64,000 bases of DNA, taken from positions 158,658,001 through 158,722,000 of the forward strand of contig NW_027362768.1 of NCBI RefSeq assembly GCF_046119375.1. The letters run 5' to 3'. The notes below the pieces were generated by a model, which worked only from the letters and a program-made list of their open reading frames with translations, was not told the DNA's origin and made no database searches. Made by a program: the position numbers and the translations under genes. Of this stretch, positions 50,031 through 61,795 are shown piece by piece. Position 1 is the stretch's first letter. Each line of letters opens with the position of its first letter. Source of the DNA: Phyllobates terribilis. Lineage: Eukaryota.

Positions 50031-50933
50031 GTTTTTATTTTTCCCCAATTTTGTGTTGTTTTTTTCAATGCAATGTTCCGGACGCGCAGTTTTGGAAAGT
50101 ATCATCCATCGTACAAGACCTTCATAAGTCGTATTAAGTTGAGGAACTTCGCTAATAAGTCTCTTTACTAAGTTATTATACTCCAGTCACATCCAGAGCT
50201 GTCATCATAATTCTGCTCGTTTCCTGGATTATAGGAGCGGAGATGAGTTTTGCACAATTAAGACTTTGCTGTTACATTTCACACAAGACAGAAGCTCATT
50301 TTTTTGGGACGTGAAGGTAATGTTCAAAATCCATAAAGCCAAAGCAAGTCACTTAACCCTTTCCCTACCATAAAACGTAACCTTACGTCATATATGCACA
50401 GAGTGTGTTATGAAGCGGGCGAGGTGTTATTACAGAGCTGGCAGCTACGGGGGCGAGCTCCAATCATTGCTGCAATCAGTGTCAGCGGTATTTAAATGGT
50501 GGGGTTTAATGGCTCCCATCAATCCCACAAGGACACAATGGAGGGGTGCCAATAAGTTACGATGGCAGGTGAGGTGTGCTGAAGACCCCTATTGCTGCCA
50601 TGCAGATCAAACCATGAGGCCCAGCCTGGGGTTTAGTTTTATATGACAACTGTACAGTATAAGTGATCAAATAATTGCGGGTTCAAGCTTTAAAGATTCA
50701 AATCACCTAGTTAAAAAATAAAAATAAAAGCAGATTTGGTTTCATTGCGTCTATAAAAGTCCAATCTATCAAAATATTAAATTATTTAACCCGTACAGTA
50801 AGTGCTGTAAAAAACAAAAAAATTAAAACTGATAATTTGCTGGTTTATTGGCGGCAGCACATCCCCTATAAAAAAAAAAAACTGCAATAAAAAGGTGATA
50901 AATATTGTATGTACACCAAGATGATATCCATAA

Positions 50934-52478
50934 ATTATTATTTATTATAGTGACATTTATTCCATGGCGCTTTACATGTCAAGAGGGGTATACATAATAA
51001 AAACAAGTACAATAACCTTGAACAATACAAGTCGGTGACTGGTACAGGAGGAGCGAGGACCCTGCCCTCGAGGGCTCACAATCTACAAGGGATGGGTGAG
51101 GATACAGTAGGTGAGGGTAGAGCTGTTCGTGCAGAGGTATGGTGGAGCGGTGGTTCCTGCAGGTTGCAGGTTTGTCGGAACAGGTGGGTCTTCAGGTTCC
51201 TTTTGAAGGTTTCCACGGTAGGTAAGCGTCTGATATGTTGGGGTAGAGAGTTCCAGAGTAGGGGGGATGCACGGGAGAAATCTTGTATGTGATTGTGGGA
51301 GGAGGAGATAAGAGGGGAGTAGAGAAGGAGATCTTGTGATGATTGGAGGTTGCGTGCAGGTATGTACCGGGAGACTAGGTCACAGATGTATGGGGGAGAC
51401 AGGTTGTGGATGGCTTTGTATGCGGTGGTTAGGGTCTTGAACTGGAGTCTCTGAGTAATGGGGAGCCAGTGAAGGGATTGACAGAGGGGAGAGGCCGGGG
51501 AATAGCGGGGGACAGGTGGATTAGTCGGGCAGCAGAGTTTAGGATAGATTGGAGGGGCAAAAGAGTGTTAGAGGGGAGGCCACAGAGCAGGAGGTTGCAG
51601 TAGTCGAGGTGGGAGATGATGAGGGCGTGCACCAGTGATTTTGCAGATTCATGGTTGAGGAATGAGTGGATTCGGGAGATATTTTTGAGTTGGAGTCGGC
51701 AGGAGGTGGAAAGGGCTTGGATATGTGGTTTGAAGGAGAGATTAGAGTCCAGGGTTACCCCGCGGCAGCGAGCTTGTGGGACTGGGGAGAGTGAAGAGCC
51801 ATTGACTTTTATGGATAGGTCAGATGGGGGGGGGCTGAGTGAGTTGGTGGAAAGATGATGAATTCTGTTTTATCCATGTTAAGTTTTAGAAATCTAGCAG
51901 AGAAGAAGGATGAGATGGCGGACAGGCAGTGTGGGATTTTGGTTAGTAGGGAGGAGATATCGGATCCAGAGAGGTAGAGCTGTGTGTCATCAGCATAGAG
52001 ATGAAACCGAAAGCCGTGAGACTCTGAGCTGTCCCAGGCCGAAGGTGTAGATGGAGAAGAGCAGGGGCCCTAGAACTGAGCCTTAGGGGACACCGACAGA
52101 TAGGTGGTGAGTGAGCGGGAGACACAATGTCCAGTCTGTTAAGTATGAGGAGATCCAAGATAGCGCCAAGTCTGTGTTGCCGAGAGATGAGAGTCTGCAG
52201 TAAGAGGGAATGGTTCACTGTGTCAAAGGCAGATGACAGGTCCAGGAGGAGGAGGACAGAGTAGGGTCGCTTGGATTTGGCGGTCAGTAGGTCGTTGGTG
52301 ACTTTAGTCAGGGCAGTTTCAGTGGAGTGGTGCAGTCGGAAGCCAGATTGGAGGCGGTCAAAGAGGGAGCAAGAGGAGAGGTGGGAGGATAGTTCGAGAT
52401 GGACGTGATGTTCCAGTAGTTTTGAGGCGTAAGGGAGAAGTGATATGGGGCGATAGCTAGCCAGAGAGGATGGGTCAA
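50934..52478 (-). mobile_element. 5'-truncated L2-clade LINE (RT fragment plus 3' UTR and ATT-rich tail)
   Basis: [15 protein letters not shown]...QSGFR..HSTETAL...[13 protein letters not shown] and HALIISHLDYCNLLLCGLP fragments; 3' end ...TGTAAAGCGCCATGGAATAAATGTCACTATAATAAATAATAAT. Confidence 0.9.
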
Positions 52479-52549
52479 CTCTGCATGTGGGAAACAAGCC
52501 CTAATTCTGCTCCATTGACAGAAATGTAAAGAACAAAAATAGACATGTA

Positions 52550-54180
52550 CAGTACAGACCAAAAGTTTGGACACACCTTCTCATTTAAAGATTTTTCTGT
52601 ATTTTCATGACTATGAAAATTGTACATTCACACTGAAGGCATCAAAACTATGAATTAACACATGTGGAATTATATACTTAACAAAAAAAAGTGTGAAACA
52701 ACTGAAAATATGTTTTAGATTCTAGGTTCTTCAAAGTAGCCACCTTTTGCTTTGATGACTGCTTTGCACACTCTTGGCATTCTCTTGATGAGCTTCAAGA
52801 GGTAGTCACCGGAAATGGTTTTCACTTCACAGGTGTGCCCTGTCAGGTTTAATAAGTGGGATTTCTTGCCTTAAAAATGGGGTTGGGACCATCAGTTGTG
52901 TTGTGCAGAAGTCAGGTGGATACACAGCTGATAGTCCTACTGAATAGACTGTTAGCAGCTTTTTTCTTGCCATAAAACAAATTCTAAGTAAAGAAAAATG
53001 AGTGGTCATTATTACTTTAAGAAATGAAGGTCAGTCAGTGCGAAAAATTGGGCAAACTTTGAAAGTGTCCCCAATTGCAGTTGCAAAAACCATCAAGCCC
53101 TACAAAGAAACTGGCTCACATGAGGACCGCCCCAGGAAAGGAAGACCAAGAGTCACCTCTGCTTCTGAGGATAAGTTTATCCGAGTCACCAGCCTCAGAA
53201 ATCGCAGGTTAACAGCAGCTCAGATTAGAGACCAGGTCAATGCCACACAGAGTTCTAGCAGCAGACACATCTCTACAACAACTGTTAAGAGGAGACTTTG
53301 TGCAGCAGGCCTTCATGGTAAAATAGCTGCTAGGAAACCACTGCTAAGGACAGGCAACAAGCAGAAGAGACTTGTTTGGGCTAAAGAACACAAGGAATGG
53401 ACATTAGACCAGTGGAAATCTGTGCTTTGGTCTGATGAGTCCAAATTTGAGATCTTTGGTTCCAACCACCGTGTCTTTGTGCGACGCAGAAAAGGTGAAC
53501 GGATGGACTCTACATGCCTGGTTCCCACCGTGAAGCATGGAGGAGGAGGTGTGATGATGTGGGGGTGCTTTGCTGGTGACACTGTTGGGGATTTATTCAA
53601 AATTGAAGGCATACTGAACCAGCATGGCTACCACAGCATCTTGCAGCGGCATGCTATTCCATCCGGTTTGCGTTTAGTTGGACCATCATTTATTTTTCAA
53701 CAGGACAATGACCCCAAACACACCTCCAGGCTGTGTAAGGGCTATTTGACCAAGAAGGAGGGTGATGGGGTGCTACGCCAGATGACCTGGCCTCCACAGT
53801 CACCAGACCTGAACCCAATTGAGATGGTTTGGGGTGAGCTGGACGCAGAGTGAAGGCAAAAGGGCCAACAAGTGCTAAGCATCTCTGGGAGCTCCTTCAA
53901 GATTGTTGGAAGACCATTTCCGGTGACTACCTCTTGAAGCTCATCAAGAGAATGCCAAGAGTGTGCAAAGCAGTCATCAAAGCAAAAGGTGGCTACTTTG
54001 AAGAACCTAGAATATAAGACATATTTTCAGTTCTTTCACACTTTTTTGTTAAGTATATAATTCCACATGTGTTAATTCATAGTTTTGATGCCTTCAGTGT
54101 GAATGTACAATTTTCATAGTCATGAAAATACAGAAAAATCTTTAAATGCGAAGGTGTGTCCAAACTTTTGGTCTGTACTG
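52550..54180 (+). mobile_element. Tc1/mariner DD38E (Intruder-type) element, copy 2; defective
   Basis: TA|CAGTACAGACCAAAAGTTTGG ... CCAAACTTTTGGTCTGTACTG|TA with ~260-bp TIRs; ORF 53002-53853 has 38 residues between QQD and NPIE; start codon inverted, frameshift near 53843. Confidence 0.93.
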
Positions 54181-54385
54181 TATATATATATATTTTTACA
54201 AAAGTTTAAAATATAAAAAAAATGCAACCTTTTTTTTTTTTTTTACTAGTTTTTTTTTCCCATTCTTGATTACATTATATGATAAAGTAAATGCTGTCAT
54301 TCTATACATCAGCTTGTCCCACAAAAAAAACAACAATCATATGGCTATAGTATGTAAATGTGAAGAAAAAAAGTTATGGCTCATA

Positions 54386-54566
54386 GGCCATGGACCCACT
54401 ATCAGTATTCGGTCAGTATTTTTTCTCCGGAGTGGGAGCCAAAATCAGGAGTGGAACAATCAGAGAAAAGGTGTAATAGAAACAAGTCACCAATTCTGCA
54501 TTTATCACCCACTCCTGGTTTTGGCTCCCACTCCTGAGAAAAAATACTGATAGTGGGGCCGTGGCC
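54386..54566. mobile_element. Harbinger-like MITE (family of 20082 and 25012)
   Basis: GGCCATGGACCCACTATCAGTAT ... ATACTGATAGTGGGGCCGTGGCC|TAA. Confidence 0.8.
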
Positions 54567-54669
54567 TAATATTCAGACCCTCTCGCTGGAGCCGCAGCCC
54601 GTACGTACATTACACACACACACGTTCCCTCTCATAATCTTGTGACAAACCAGGAGATAATGTGTCCAT

Positions 54670-54675
54670 TTTATT
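54670..54675 (-). terminator. Candidate polyadenylation signal of MMACHC
   Basis: TTTATT on + (AATAAA on -), about 310 nt after the MMACHC stop codon. Confidence 0.45.
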
Positions 54676-54987
54676 AGAATCTCATTACAAAAATAAAACT
54701 TTCCATTTTTAAATAAAATTTTTCCCGAAGTTTAATAAATAATAAAAAAAGTCATAAAATAAATCTGAAGTTTTAAGAATCAGAAATAAAGAAAATCCAG
54801 AAACTACAATCCCAGCCCCCGCACCATCTACAAGACCAATAAATACCAAGTACCATGTAGTGTTAGATCTTCCCGTAATTGTCCAGTACCGGCCACCTGT
54901 ACCCATGACCTGCCGGACTGCAGCCTGGGGCCACAGAATACACTGAATATAGGGAAGGACTAGGTTAGTGGAGGAGTCGTCACAGTC

Positions 54988-55299
54988 TCAGCAGGGATGG
55001 ATGGGCTGTATCTGACCCGAAAGTGTAAGTAACGTCAGTCTCTCCGCAGGTGGAGTAGCAAAGTACAGAGTCTGCTCCGCTGAATACTTCTCCTCTGCCG
55101 GCAGCACGTCCCGGTACTTCCCATCCTTCCAGTTAAAGTTGAAGCTTTCTAGGAGACTTATCCTGTCCTCCCTGCTGGGGACACAGTCAATGGGAAGAGT
55201 CTGCTCCAAGCCCAGAGCCTGGACATCGGTAAACACCAGCACAGCGCGAATGGCAAACCAGCCCCCGAATCGCGGATGAACACAGACACCGAACATCTT
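54988..55299 (-). CDS. MMACHC: MMACHC exon 4
   Basis: ttctttgctccaacag|KMFGVCVHPRFGGWFAIRAVLVF...CVPSREDRISLLESFNFNWKD...YFATPPAERL...HPC*; carries the hallmark HPRFGGWFAIR motif. Confidence 0.96.
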   Translation of the reverse strand, partial: KMFGVCVHPRFGGWFAIRAVLVFTDVQALGLEQTLPIDCVPSREDRISLLESFNFNWKDGKYRDVLPAEEKYSAEQTLYFATPPAERLTLLTLSGQIQPIHPC

Positions 55300-56103
55300 C
55301 TGTTGGAGCAAAGAACACAAAGAACTCGGTGAATGTCTGCAGAAAAATAATAACATAAATCTGACTTTCTGCAAACCTCACTTATTAATTATATCACTAC
55401 CTCTTGCACATTTTTATTAGAAATATGTAGTTCCCCATTATGTCCACTAAGTGTCAGTATGGTAGTAGCTGCTACATACACAAGTATGTGTATCGTGACA
55501 CCTAGTGGACATAATGGGGAACTTCAAATTTTCTAATAAAAAGTGAAAGTGGTGTTGACAAAAACTAAGATGGTTTCACCTGTGGGAGACAATAAGTAAA
55601 ATCTAGTAAAAGTAAAATCTAATGTCATCCCCACCCCCCAAATATAAAATACAGAACTAACTCTAAACAAAGACCTGACAGATAAAGTGCAGAAATTCCA
55701 GAGAATCAAGAAAGTTTTCGTTGGACTTCGCCCTGAGTCTTCACTAATCTTGGAGGAATGTGAAAAGCCGCTAAACCTGTTTCCAGAGAACCCAGACCGT
55801 CAACTCCCAGCCTGGACCCTCCACCCATTATATATCAGGTCTTCTCCATTATTGTCACTGGTTTTGACGTGCTCCCCAAATCCAAGAAGTCCTGCAGCAG
55901 TTGGGGCAATATAACTTATAATATACACCCCAGCTGCTGCAGAACCTCATCAGTGACTGCCGTAATCCCTTCGGAGTATTATCAGGCGCTGCACCCCCCA
56001 TACAGCACACAATCCATATTCCGGCAGGCGGAGCCGATAGCTGTAACTCTCAGCTCTGACATTAATATGTTCATAATCTGTGCGGCTTCTGTCGGGTGTC
56101 ATT

Positions 56104-56520
56104 CCTGACAGGTGCTGGTCAGAGACCCTCAGTCCCTCCTCCTGACAGGTGCAGGTCAGAGACCCTCAGTCCCTCCTCCTGACAGGTGCAGGTCAGAGAC
56201 CCTCAGTCCCTCCTCCTGACTGCCCCTGGTAATGATCAGAGACCCTCAGTCCCTCCTCCTGACAGGTGCTGGTCAGAGACCCTCAGTCCCTCCTCCTGAC
56301 AGGTGCAGGTCAGAGACCCTCAGTCCCTCCTCCTGACAGGTGCAGGTCAGAGACCCTCAGTCCCTCCTCCTGACAGGTGCTGGTCAGAGACCCTCAGTCC
56401 CTCCTCCTGACTGCCCCTGGTAATGATCAGAGGCCCTCAGTCCCTCCTCTTGACAGGTGCTGGTCAGAGACCCTCAGTCCCTCCTCCTGACAGGTGCTGG
56501 TCAGAGACACTCAGTCCCTT
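56104..56520. repeat. 37-bp minisatellite with a 191-bp higher-order period, in MMACHC intron 3
   Basis: Unit TCCTGACAGGTGC(A/T)GGTCAGAGACCCTCAGTCCCTCC; a 43-bp variant (TGCCCCTGGTAATGAT) occurs at 56221 and 56412. Confidence 0.9.
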
Positions 56521-56580
56521 CTCCTGGCAGTCCCACTGACCAGACAGCTTTGTACAAGCGCCGATTATTACTGCACTTAC

Positions 56581-56733
56581 CTTCGCCCCCCAGGGATCCT
56601 GCTCCACGTCTTTCCTCTGGTAATAGTACGCCGCTCCGGACACGTGTGCCGCCGTCTGCATGAGAACCTTCGGCCGCCGATTGGGGTGGAGTTCATAGTC
56701 GTAGATGATGTCAATGTCGTATGCGGAAAATCT
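56581..56733 (-). CDS. MMACHC: MMACHC exon 3 (153 nt)
   Basis: ttcccacag|[51 protein letters not shown]|gtaagt. Confidence 0.96.
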
Positions 56734-56942
56734 CTGTGGGAAGGAGCTGAAGATGAATCCATTGTCGCCTCCATGGTGGCCCCGCTCCCGTACAACAGTA
56801 ATTATTCAGGCCATGCCCCCGCTTAGCCAGATTCCACTAGACTCCGCCCATGGACAACTGTCTCCATCAAACCCCCCCCCCTCATCTAGGCCACACCCAC
56901 CCCTAACCCCCCAATCTTTTCCGGCGGGGTCTCTGCACCCAC

Positions 56943-57137
56943 CTCCTTCACCTGCACCATGTGGTAGGACACGCACTGATCTATCGGGTCCCGGAGACTC
57001 TGCAGCTCGTGCTGAGCGAGGAAAGGCTTAAACGCCTTCTCAAACATGGAGGGCGCACTCAGCACCACAACCGCCAGCGTGTCAGATGGGAAGGAGAGAT
57101 GGAAGACGGGATCCAGGACGCCATTGTACCAACCGAC
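56943..57137 (-). CDS. MMACHC: MMACHC exon 2 (195 nt)
   Basis: ttccttgcag|VGWYNGVLDPVFHLSFPSDTLAVVVLSAPSMFEKAFKPFL...DPIDQCVSYHMVQVKE|gtgggt. Confidence 0.96.
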
Positions 57138-57369
57138 CTGCAAGGAAAACACCAGGGAAAAGCAACTGGAAGATTACACTACAGGACACAATCAAGCCTC
57201 TTACCCATCGAGCCACATCATGTTTCTAATGTCCAGTCCTCCTGTGCATCTACCTACTGAGCCTCCAATGAGGAGTTTGTTTTAGTATTCTATTAATTGA
57301 ACCTTCTCGCCCCATCTCTGACCCACTGTACCTAGTCTCATAGATGGAGAATATCTCTAGACTCGTTCT

Positions 57370-58525
57370 CACTGACCCTACAAGTCATACATACTTCTTC
57401 ATTCTCTTACCCACTGTCTCTGCACCCCAGACATTGACCATACCTAGTCTTTTACCCACTAATCCTCCACCTCAGACATACACCTCTAATTTCTTACTCA
57501 CTGATCCCCCCTCATTAGACATACACCTCCTGCAGTCTCTTACCTACTGACTTTCCTCCTACGACACACTAGTCTCTTACCCACTGATCCTTCTCCTCAG
57601 ACATATACTTCCTCCTGTCTCTTACCCATCCTTCTCCTCAGACATATTCCTCCTCCAGTTTCTTACCCACTGACCCTCTATTTAAGGAACACACCTTCTA
57701 TAGTCTCTTACCCACTGATCCTCTTCAGACACAAATCTCCTCCAGTTCTTTATCCACTGACCCCCCTCCTCAGACATGCAACTAACCCAGCCTCTTACTT
57801 ACTGAACCTCCTCAGACATGAACCTAACCCAGTAGCTTACCCACTGACCCCCTCCGACACACACTTCCAATGTCTAACCCACTGACCCTCCCCTATTAGT
57901 GATGGATCCTTGCACCCTACTCATTCACTGCACCACTTTCTTCACGATATTACAGCTGTTCCATATGTAGCACAGTCTCTTACTCATCTTCAGACTGTTA
58001 CACACTGAGCCCTCTCCTATGTCAGTTATAACCGATCTCCAGCTGTGGCAAAACTGCAAGTAGCAGCACAAATTTGTGATCTGATAACTGAAACAGAAGT
58101 TATTTTGCCTTCTCCTCCAGTCTCCTACTCACTGAGCCTCCTCCTGCAGCCTCTAACTCACTGAGCCTCCAGACTCTTACTCACTGCACCTCCTCCTAAT
58201 CTCTCTTAATCACTGAGCCTCCTCTCACAGCCTCTTACCCACTGAGCCTTCTCCTCTTCTCTCTTACTTGCTGAGCCTCCTCCTGTAGCCTCTTACTCAC
58301 TGAGCCTCCTCTGCAGCCTCCTACACACTGAACCTTCTCCTCCTCTCTCTTACTCACTGAGCCTCCTCCTGCAACCTCTTACTTACAGAGCCGCCTCCTC
58401 CTCTACTCTCTTACTCACAGAGCCTCCTGCTCTACTCTCTTACTGACTGAGCCTTCTCCTCCTCTCTCTTACTCACTGAGCCTCCTCCTGCAGCCTCTTA
58501 CTCACAGAGCCTCCTCCTCTACTGA
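57370..58525. repeat. Degenerate pyrimidine-rich ~30-bp tandem repeat filling MMACHC intron 1
   Basis: Variants of CTCTTACTCACTGAGCCTCCTCCTGCAGC, more regular toward 58100-58525. Confidence 0.8.
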
Positions 58526-58558
58526 CATTCAGAAGTATATTTCGGGACCCCCGGTTAC

Positions 58559-58636
58559 CTGGAATGGATACACCTCGAACCCCTGCCACTGTAGCGCCCC
58601 CTGCAGCTTCTCCAGGATCTCCACGTGTGCGCCCAT
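58559..58636 (-). CDS. MMACHC: MMACHC exon 1 (26 aa)
   Basis: MGAHVEILEKLQGALQWQGFEVYPFQ|gtaacc; GFEVYPFQ matches MMACHC; the four exons total 245 aa. Confidence 0.93.
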
Positions 58637-58928
58637 TATACCCCAAGTCACCTCCAGCCGCGGCGCCTCATGGGATTTGTAGTACGGGGGCGGAGCTGAT
58701 GTTACGTGCACAGTGCGTGCACTGCGTGGAGACTCTTGGGACTTGTAGTTTCTTTTCTCGCCGCTCTCTGTACAAGGTGTGGCAAAGAGAACTACACATC
58801 CCGGCGTCCTCCGCGGCAGGCGCCGTTACCGAGAGCTGGACGCTACTGGTGCCCGGGAGACTGTTTGAATGGTCAGGGAAGGAGAGCGGAGATGAGAGGA
58901 GCCTAAGTTGAGAGGTCGGGGGCCCCCA
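58637..58928. promoter_or_regulatory. Bidirectional CpG promoter of MMACHC and the CCDC163-like gene, with three ACTACAnnTCCC motifs
   Basis: Motifs at 58671-83 (-), 58737-49 (-) and 58791-802 (+); GC box at 58686; plus-strand donor CCA|GTAAGT at 58928/58929 suggests a non-coding first exon of the CCDC163-like gene. Confidence 0.8.
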
Positions 58929-59243
58929 GTAAGTGCGGGACGACCCTCACAGGGCCTCTGTGATCACAATAACCATCATAAGGTGCTGCAGACTGTGGGG
59001 TAAGAGCTCTGCTGACTGCACAGCTGAGTGTTTGTTACAGTGAGTCTATAGACCTGGTCCCCACATCAGCAGCACAGGCCTCTCCTGCTGATGGTCTGTT
59101 ACAATGTGTCAGGCTGCTTATAATCTCATGATCCATTGTAACGGACCCTCCTCTGTGATCTTTGTTCTCTGGGATATTTATAGCTATTTCTTCTGTTTTC
59201 TTCCAGAATTTCCATTGTTTCCTAGTGAGGACCGGCCGCCGCC

Positions 59244-59309
59244 ATGAACTGGGACTCTAAGCTGGACGCCGTCCTCATGGCCGCTGACGACAGCGTGGCG
59301 AAAATCAAG
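59244..59309 (+). CDS. CCDC163: CCDC163-like protein, first coding exon
   Basis: gccgccATG Kozak; MNWDSKLDAVLMAADDSVAKIK|gtgaga resembles the recalled CCDC163 N-terminus (W.EQLD.LL.ATDGNV..IK); head-to-head with MMACHC as in mammals; acceptor ends at 59206. Confidence 0.75.
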
Positions 59310-59548
59310 GTGAGAGGCCGCGGCGCTGCAGTCTGTCCCTGGCGCTGCAACAATCCTTCTCCCCTTCTTACAAGAGCCAGAACTTTTTTTTTGTATTTTT
59401 TTTAGTTTTTACGACTTTTTAATAGTGCGGTAAACATGACTGGAAAACATTCCTCTAAACAGCACGATCCCGGCGTTGCCAAACCTGTGTAGGGTGTTTA
59501 TTTATTTGCTATTCGGGTGACATTTTGAAAAATCTTTATTGCGATATA

Positions 59549-61074
59549 CACTGCTCAAATAAAGGGAACACAAATACCACATCCTAGAGATCACTGCATG
59601 AAATATTCCAGTTGCAAATCTCTATTCATTACATAGCGGAGCGTTGAGAACAAGAAAACATAAAAATGATCAATGTAAATCAAAATTAATATCCCATGGA
59701 GTCTAGATTTGGGATGATACTCAATCAAATTACAGGCTGATCCAACTTCAGTGGAAATGCCTCAAGACAAGGAAATGAGTCTCAGTATTGTGTGTGGCCT
59801 CCACGTGCCTGTATGACCTCCCTACAATGCCTGGGCATGCTCCTGATGAGGTTGCGGATGGTCTCCTGTGGGATCTCCTCCCAGACCTGGACTAAAGCAT
59901 CCGCCAACTCCTGGACAGTCTGTGGTGCAACGTGACGTTGGTGGATGGAGCAAGACATGATGTGTTCAATCGGATTCAGGTCTGGGGAACGGGCGGGCCA
60001 GTCCATAGCTTCAATGCCTTCATCTTGCAGAAACTGCTGACACACTCCAGCCACATGAGGTCTGGCATTGTCTTGCATTAGGAGGAACCCAGGGCCAACC
60101 GCACCAGCATATGGTCTCACAAGGGTCCTGAGGATCTCATCTTGGTACCTAATGGCAGTCAGGCTACCACTGGCGAGCACATGGAGGGCTGTGCGGCCCT
60201 CCAAAGAAATGCCACCCCACACCATTACTGACCCACTGCCAAACTGGTCATGCTGAAGGATGTTGCAGGCAGCAGAACGTTCTCCATGGCGTCTCCAGAC
60301 TCGGACATGTCTGTCACACCAATGCTCAGTGTGAACCGGCTCTCATCCACGAAGAGCACAGGGCGCCAATGTGGAATCTGCCAATCTTGGTGTTCTCTGG
60401 CAAATGCCAATCTCTCTCGCACGGTGTTGGGCTGTGAGCACAACATCCATTTGTGGACGTCAGACTCTCATTAAGTCTGTTTCTGAGAGCAGACATGAGG
60501 ATGTTAGTGGCGGCTGGAGGTAATTTTGCAGGGCTGTGACACTGCTCCTGTTCCTCTTTGCACAAAGGAGGAGGCAGCGGTTCTACTGCCGCCCTCATAT
60601 GGCCCCCTCCATGTCTCCTGGTGTACTGGCCTGTCTCCTGGTATCTGCTCCATCCTCTGGACACTGTGCTGACAGACACAGCAAACCTTCTTGCCACAGC
60701 TCACATTGATGTGCATCCTGGATGAGCTGCATTACCTGAGCAACTTCTGTGAGTTGTAGACACCACCTCATGCTGTTGTACCACTCAGGGTGAGAGCAGT
60801 GACAAAATGCTAAAGTGACCAAAACAACAGCCAAAAAGGATGAGAACAGAGAAATGGTCTGTGGTCACCACCTGCTGAACCACTCCTTTTATAGGGGGTA
60901 TCTTGCTAATTGCCGATCATTTATTTCTACCAGTTGTCTGTTCCATTTGCACGACAGCAGGAGAAATTGATTTACAATCCGTGTTGCTTCTTAACTGGAC
61001 AGGCTGATGTCAGAGAAGTGTGATTGACTTGGAGTTGTGTTGTTTAAGTGTTCCCTTTATTTTTTTGAGCAGTA
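59549..61074 (-). mobile_element. Degenerate Tc1 (DD34E) element in a CCDC163-like intron
   Basis: Ends TA|CACTGCTCAAATAAAGGGAACAC ... GTGTTCCCTTTATTTTTTTGAGCAGT; fragmented transposase including MVWGGIS...QDNARPH-(34)-NPIEH. Confidence 0.88.
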
Positions 61075-61248
61075 TGTAAATTTATTTTTTTATTGCATTT
61101 TTATGCAATAAAACAAAACAAAAAAAAAATTTAGCATTTATGGGTAAAATAATTTTGTATTTTGATGGATTGGACTTTTTTTTTCTTTTTTTATTCGTTT
61201 AATTATTTTTAGATGGCGAGAAGGCGGTGATCGTATTTAGGTTTTATT

Positions 61249-61287
<39 letters not shown>

Positions 61288-61761
61288 GTAGACTCTAACC
61301 TGCGATCGCCCGATGGCTTCTTCTATATACTCCAGTATTGCAGTACATAGTGAAATCAGTCTCCTGTTAAGTCCAGCTTGTGGCTGAGCTTCACAGGAGC
61401 ACCATAATGGCGACAATGAGGGCCTTCAGCTGGCATTGGCTGCCTTGGCAGGTCATTGGCACCGCAGTGAGATCATGGGGAGGGGGGTCGGCAAAAGGTG
61501 CCTGTGATTGATAGCTTGCTCCGATCGCTGCTGTTGGAGGTGGGTGCTGGCTGTATAACACAGCCGGCATCTGCCCTGTGGAGCAGTTAAATATCAAAGT
61601 GCTGGATATTATAAATGCCGTGTACATCTAGAGCAGTGACCTTTGGGATTTCTGGACTCTGCCTGTAGGTGTTGTGAACGTCCTATAAGAATACAAGGGG
61701 TTAGTAATGGCGTCTGTGACATTACCTGCTGCACTTCTGACACACGCTCTTTTCTCTGCAG

Positions 61762-61795
61762 GAAAGGCTGAACACCCGGGGCGACACCATCAGAG
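61762..61795 (+). CDS. CCDC163: CCDC163-like protein, second coding exon (34 nt)
   Basis: ttttctctgcag|ERLNTRGDTIR(D)|gtaaaa; phases 0 and 1 fit the neighbouring exons. Confidence 0.7.
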
